A stretch of 55,272 nucleotides of DNA, taken from IMG/VR virus record IMGVR_UViG_3300031355_000070, positions 1 to 55,272 of that record; one strand, written 5' to 3'. A program made the position numbers and the translations under genes. A model generated the notes under the pieces. That model made no database searches, had not been told where the DNA came from, and saw nothing but the letters and a program-made list of their open reading frames with translations. This DNA comes from a virus (taxonomy: Duplodnaviria > Caudoviricetes). Positions 52,058 to 55,272 of the stretch are shown piece after piece (the first letter of the stretch is position 1; every line of letters begins with the position of its first letter).

Positions 52058-54343
52058 ATGGCAGGCGGATGGAACGCAGGTAGTATAACTTCTAAATTAG
52101 TTTTAGATAAATCCAAATGGTCTGCATCTGTCAAAGATGTAGCAAAAGACCAGAAAACTCTTGGTGGAGCTATACAAAAGAACTCTGCCAGCTTTAAGAA
52201 AATGGGTATGGCCATGACGGTAGCTGGTGGAGCTATCGTTGCCTCTATGGGGTTGATGATAAAGAAGTATGTTACCGCAGGTGATCAGATTGATAAGATG
52301 TCAAAACGCACAGGATTCGCAGCCGAGACGCTTTCGGAATTGAGATACGCCGCAGAGATAAGTGGAGCTAATATTGAGAGTCTTGAGAAAGGCGTCAAGC
52401 GGATGGCGAAAACCATCGTTGATGCTGGTGATGGCATGGCTACGTATATAAGGTCTTTTGACAGAATAGGAGTTTCAGTTAAGGATTTACAAGATCTCAA
52501 TCCAGAACAGCAATTCCTAACGATAGCTGAAGCTATTGCGAAAGTAGAAGACCCAACAATCAGGGCGGCGACAGCTCAGGATATATTCGGGCGGGCTGGA
52601 ACGCAACTACTCCCGCTTTTCAATCTAGGTGTTGATGGCATGGAGGCATTGCGAAAAAAAGCCCATGAGCTTGGTATAGTATTCGATAAGGAAGCAGCCG
52701 AGAAGGCTGCAAGGCTTGCTGATGCACAGCTTACATTATCTTCGGCTTTGCGTGGCGTAACAATATCTATAGCTGAAAACCTTGCCCCAGCATTGTCTAA
52801 ACTGGCTGAGGACTTGAGCGAAACTATTGCTAAGGTTGGAGCTTGGATTAAGGAGCATCCGAAACTCACAGGCATAATAGCGAAAGCGACTCTTGGGATA
52901 GGTGCTTTACTGACCGTTCTCGGACCATTGACAATGATGCTGCCAGGGATAATTGCAGCCTTGCCAGCTATAGCTATGGGTATTCATGCGATTCTTGGTC
53001 CGCTCGGATTGGTCACGGCGGCTGCCGTTGTTGCATATAATGTTATAAACAATCTTATAGAAGCCCAGAAATCGCTTGCCGATGCTGAAATGACAGCGAT
53101 AATGAGCGAAACAGAGCATTATAAGCAGCTTACTGAGATAGGTCGTGCCGCAGGACTTACAGCGAAAGAAATTCATAACCTCAAAGACAAATACAATGAC
53201 AATTATGCTGCACTTGGGATGGCTATCAGGAAAGGAAAAGAAGGGGTTGAACTTCAGAAAGCTCAGATTGAATATGGGAAAAAACATAAAGAAATTATCG
53301 ATGAGCAGAAAAAATCACTTATCACTTTAAAGGATTTTGGGATTAAACCTGTAATTCAAAGCTTGGAGCAAGTTGCAACCGTGATAACAAATACGGCAAT
53401 TCCAGCAGGCAAAAAGTTTCTCGGATTCAATTATAATTTACAGAGCGAATTGAAGAGTGGGTTCTTTCAAACATGGGATGAAATGGAAGCTAAGGGAGAA
53501 GAAACTGAAAAAGCTGTTGAGAAATCCTGGGACGAACTTCACCCATACTGGAGCAACCTTTGCACTGATTTAGGCACATCCTTCGGCAATTTCGCAGGGA
53601 GCATATTAACGACTGGTTCTGATTTGAACGATGCTTTATCAGGATTATGGGGCGATATCAAGAGCTCATTTATCGGAATGATAGTCGATATGGTCGCAGA
53701 TTGGACAACCAAATTCGTTAAAAATATTCTTTCAAGCGTAACAAATATCGGTAGTGAAATAACGAAAGGAATCGGGGGCGCCGCCACTGGTGCATCAAGC
53801 GTGATCTCAACAACAGCTTCGGCTGCTGGCTCTTTACTTGGTACGGTAAATACCTTAGCGATTGTAGCGCTTGCGGTCGCCGCAATATTTAGCCTATTCA
53901 AGAAGGGCGCAGATCTCAGCTATACGAATACGCTTCTTGAGGATATCAACTGGATACAACTAAATGCGGTAAACAAGAAGCTTGATGTTGCAAATGAGAA
54001 TCTTCATGCTATATATAAAAATTTATCTGGAGCTACAAGCGCTCAATTTGGAGCAGTAATAACATCGCCTCAATTAGTCATGGCTCATGGAACGCCATCA
54101 GCTCCTGAATATATAGTGCCATCAAGAGCGGTAGAATCATTTATTCCAGAAATGAGAACTCCAGGTATTACTAGAAATACCAATGTAAATATAAGTCTAC
54201 AACCGGTATTCCATTTCAATAATCAAGTCGATCCTAACTTCACTAGAAAGCATGTTCAGAAAGAAGTGCTTCCAGCTTTGATGACACTTTTGGAGACTGG
54301 GTCGAGAAAGACAAAGCTGAAAGAAATCATGGGGGTAGCATAA
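52058..54343 (+). CDS. Tail tape measure protein (allele B)
   Basis: GAGGAG RBS; IDKMSKRTG...LRYAAE...IFGRAGTQLLP; Ala/Gly-rich helical protein, 761 aa. Confidence 0.92.
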   Translation: MAGGWNAGSITSKLVLDKSKWSASVKDVAKDQKTLGGAIQKNSASFKKMGMAMTVAGGAIVASMGLMIKKYVTAGDQIDKMSKRTGFAAETLSELRYAAEISGANIESLEKGVKRMAKTIVDAGDGMATYIRSFDRIGVSVKDLQDLNPEQQFLTIAEAIAKVEDPTIRAATAQDIFGRAGTQLLPLFNLGVDGMEALRKKAHELGIVFDKEAAEKAARLADAQLTLSSALRGVTISIAENLAPALSKLAEDLSETIAKVGAWIKEHPKLTGIIAKATLGIGALLTVLGPLTMMLPGIIAALPAIAMGIHAILGPLGLVTAAAVVAYNVINNLIEAQKSLADAEMTAIMSETEHYKQLTEIGRAAGLTAKEIHNLKDKYNDNYAALGMAIRKGKEGVELQKAQIEYGKKHKEIIDEQKKSLITLKDFGIKPVIQSLEQVATVITNTAIPAGKKFLGFNYNLQSELKSGFFQTWDEMEAKGEETEKAVEKSWDELHPYWSNLCTDLGTSFGNFAGSILTTGSDLNDALSGLWGDIKSSFIGMIVDMVADWTTKFVKNILSSVTNIGSEITKGIGGAATGASSVISTTASAAGSLLGTVNTLAIVALAVAAIFSLFKKGADLSYTNTLLEDINWIQLNAVNKKLDVANENLHAIYKNLSGATSAQFGAVITSPQLVMAHGTPSAPEYIVPSRAVESFIPEMRTPGITRNTNVNISLQPVFHFNNQVDPNFTRKHVQKEVLPALMTLLETGSRKTKLKEIMGVA

Positions 54344-55272
54344 AATGTCTATAGCATATGTCATTGAGAATTATATCGATGAGGACACTCTTGATTCTGT
54401 GAGCTCCCATGTCAGCCCATTCTACGAAATGTATAACATCTATAATACCAGGCCGTCCCTGCCTCTGAGATTCGAGGGCGTTGGTTCTGCGGGCAATCCG
54501 GAATGGATATGTATCGACATGGGGACTGGAAGCGGGTCTACTCCTCATGTCACATTTGTTGGAGTATTCAATCATAACTTGACTACCAGCCCGGAAAGAT
54601 TTGCCTTGAAAGGCTGTGCCGATGGCTGCGAATCTCTAGGATCTGGTGGTTGCGACTGGGAAGCCGCTCCTGCGTGGACTATCGATTTGCGTGATAGAAT
54701 TCTGTCTGATGGAATTTGCTCTGATAAGTATGAGAATATATTCGAGAACTCCTGCAAGAAAATAGATGTGACTTCGCAATATTATAGGCTTGATTTCATC
54801 GATATTGCGAACCCAGACGGCTATGTCGAGGCAGGGGAAGTCGTCTTGAGCGAGTGGTGCAAGTTCGGGGATAACGTCCATTTGCAGCCAGGGCGTGCAG
54901 ACGGCCCAATGTTCTTTACAGGCAATCAGAAGACCTATTATGGGCAGGACTGGGCTGCCTATTATTCCTATGCAGAACATTTCACGCTCACTTTTAAGAA
55001 TATTAATGATGTCAATAACCGCGATGAGCTCCAATTATTCCTTATCCGAGTCCAGCAGAATGGCGGAAAATTCATCATTATTCCAGATGATGCGAGCGAC
55101 TGCTATCAGGCTGGATACAAGGCAAGATGCTATTATGTGATTATTGAGAACCAGTCGGATTATGCCAACAGGCTTGTGCATGGCTGGACAAAAGAGCTTC
55201 GGGAGTGGACTCTGGAGCTCAAGACTTTGACTTCGGGGATTAAACTGCTGTGAGGATAAGATGGCAGGCGTA
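53578..55272 (+). repeat. Direct repeat copy B
   Basis: Counterpart of 1..1740; 45 nt shorter in the divergent TMP segment. Confidence 0.95.
54345..55253 (+). CDS. Distal tail / tail-tip protein, allele B
   Basis: 10 aa differences from 813..1721 and many synonymous changes. Confidence 0.65.
   Translation: MSIAYVIENYIDEDTLDSVSSHVSPFYEMYNIYNTRPSLPLRFEGVGSAGNPEWICIDMGTGSGSTPHVTFVGVFNHNLTTSPERFALKGCADGCESLGSGGCDWEAAPAWTIDLRDRILSDGICSDKYENIFENSCKKIDVTSQYYRLDFIDIANPDGYVEAGEVVLSEWCKFGDNVHLQPGRADGPMFFTGNQKTYYGQDWAAYYSYAEHFTLTFKNINDVNNRDELQLFLIRVQQNGGKFIIIPDDASDCYQAGYKARCYYVIIENQSDYANRLVHGWTKELREWTLELKTLTSGIKLL

Noticed and set aside
53578-55272. Repeats as physical direct terminal repeats of the virion DNA
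   Set aside because: True terminal repeats would be identical; these diverge after exactly 127 bp and begin mid-gene, which fits an assembly-graph branch
1-55272. Minus-strand and nested short ORFs in the ORF track
   Set aside because: They overlap well-supported plus-strand genes and lack recognisable motifs; treated as shadow ORFs
1-55272. Alternative genetic code
   Set aside because: Standard code gives dense, full-length genes using TAA, TAG and TGA stops, with normal stop/start overlaps

Overview
A near-complete genome of a tailed, siphovirus-like bacteriophage. The circle is about 53,577 bp, and essentially all real genes are on the + strand. Functional order: early and regulatory small ORFs (7.4-11.6 kb); recombination and replication (SSAP-like, Cas4-like exonuclease, HNH, YdaU-like initiator); radical-SAM and nucleotidyltransferase accessory genes; RusA; lysis (NlpC/P60); terminase, portal, protease and capsid; then tail genes, which wrap around the contig ends. 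The most unusual feature is a 12.8 kb, 18-gene glycan-building island (about 10 glycosyltransferase-like genes, 4 SAM methyltransferases, a sulfotransferase, an N-acetyl-sugar amidotransferase, a cupin and one unknown). It sits between the head-tail adaptor and head-closure genes, and many virion proteins carry Cys-flanked Ser-Gly motifs that could be its acceptor sites (inference). The two contig ends hold two diverged alleles of the tape-measure C-terminus and distal tail gene, joined by an exact 127-bp overlap. Other observations: a tail-hub gene apparently split by an inserted gene, a -1 tail chaperone frameshift, two promoter classes, several structured RNA leaders and duplicated micro-ORFs. 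No integrase, reverse transcriptase, CRISPR array, tRNA or rRNA was recognised. All product calls come from motif recognition by eye, without database searches.
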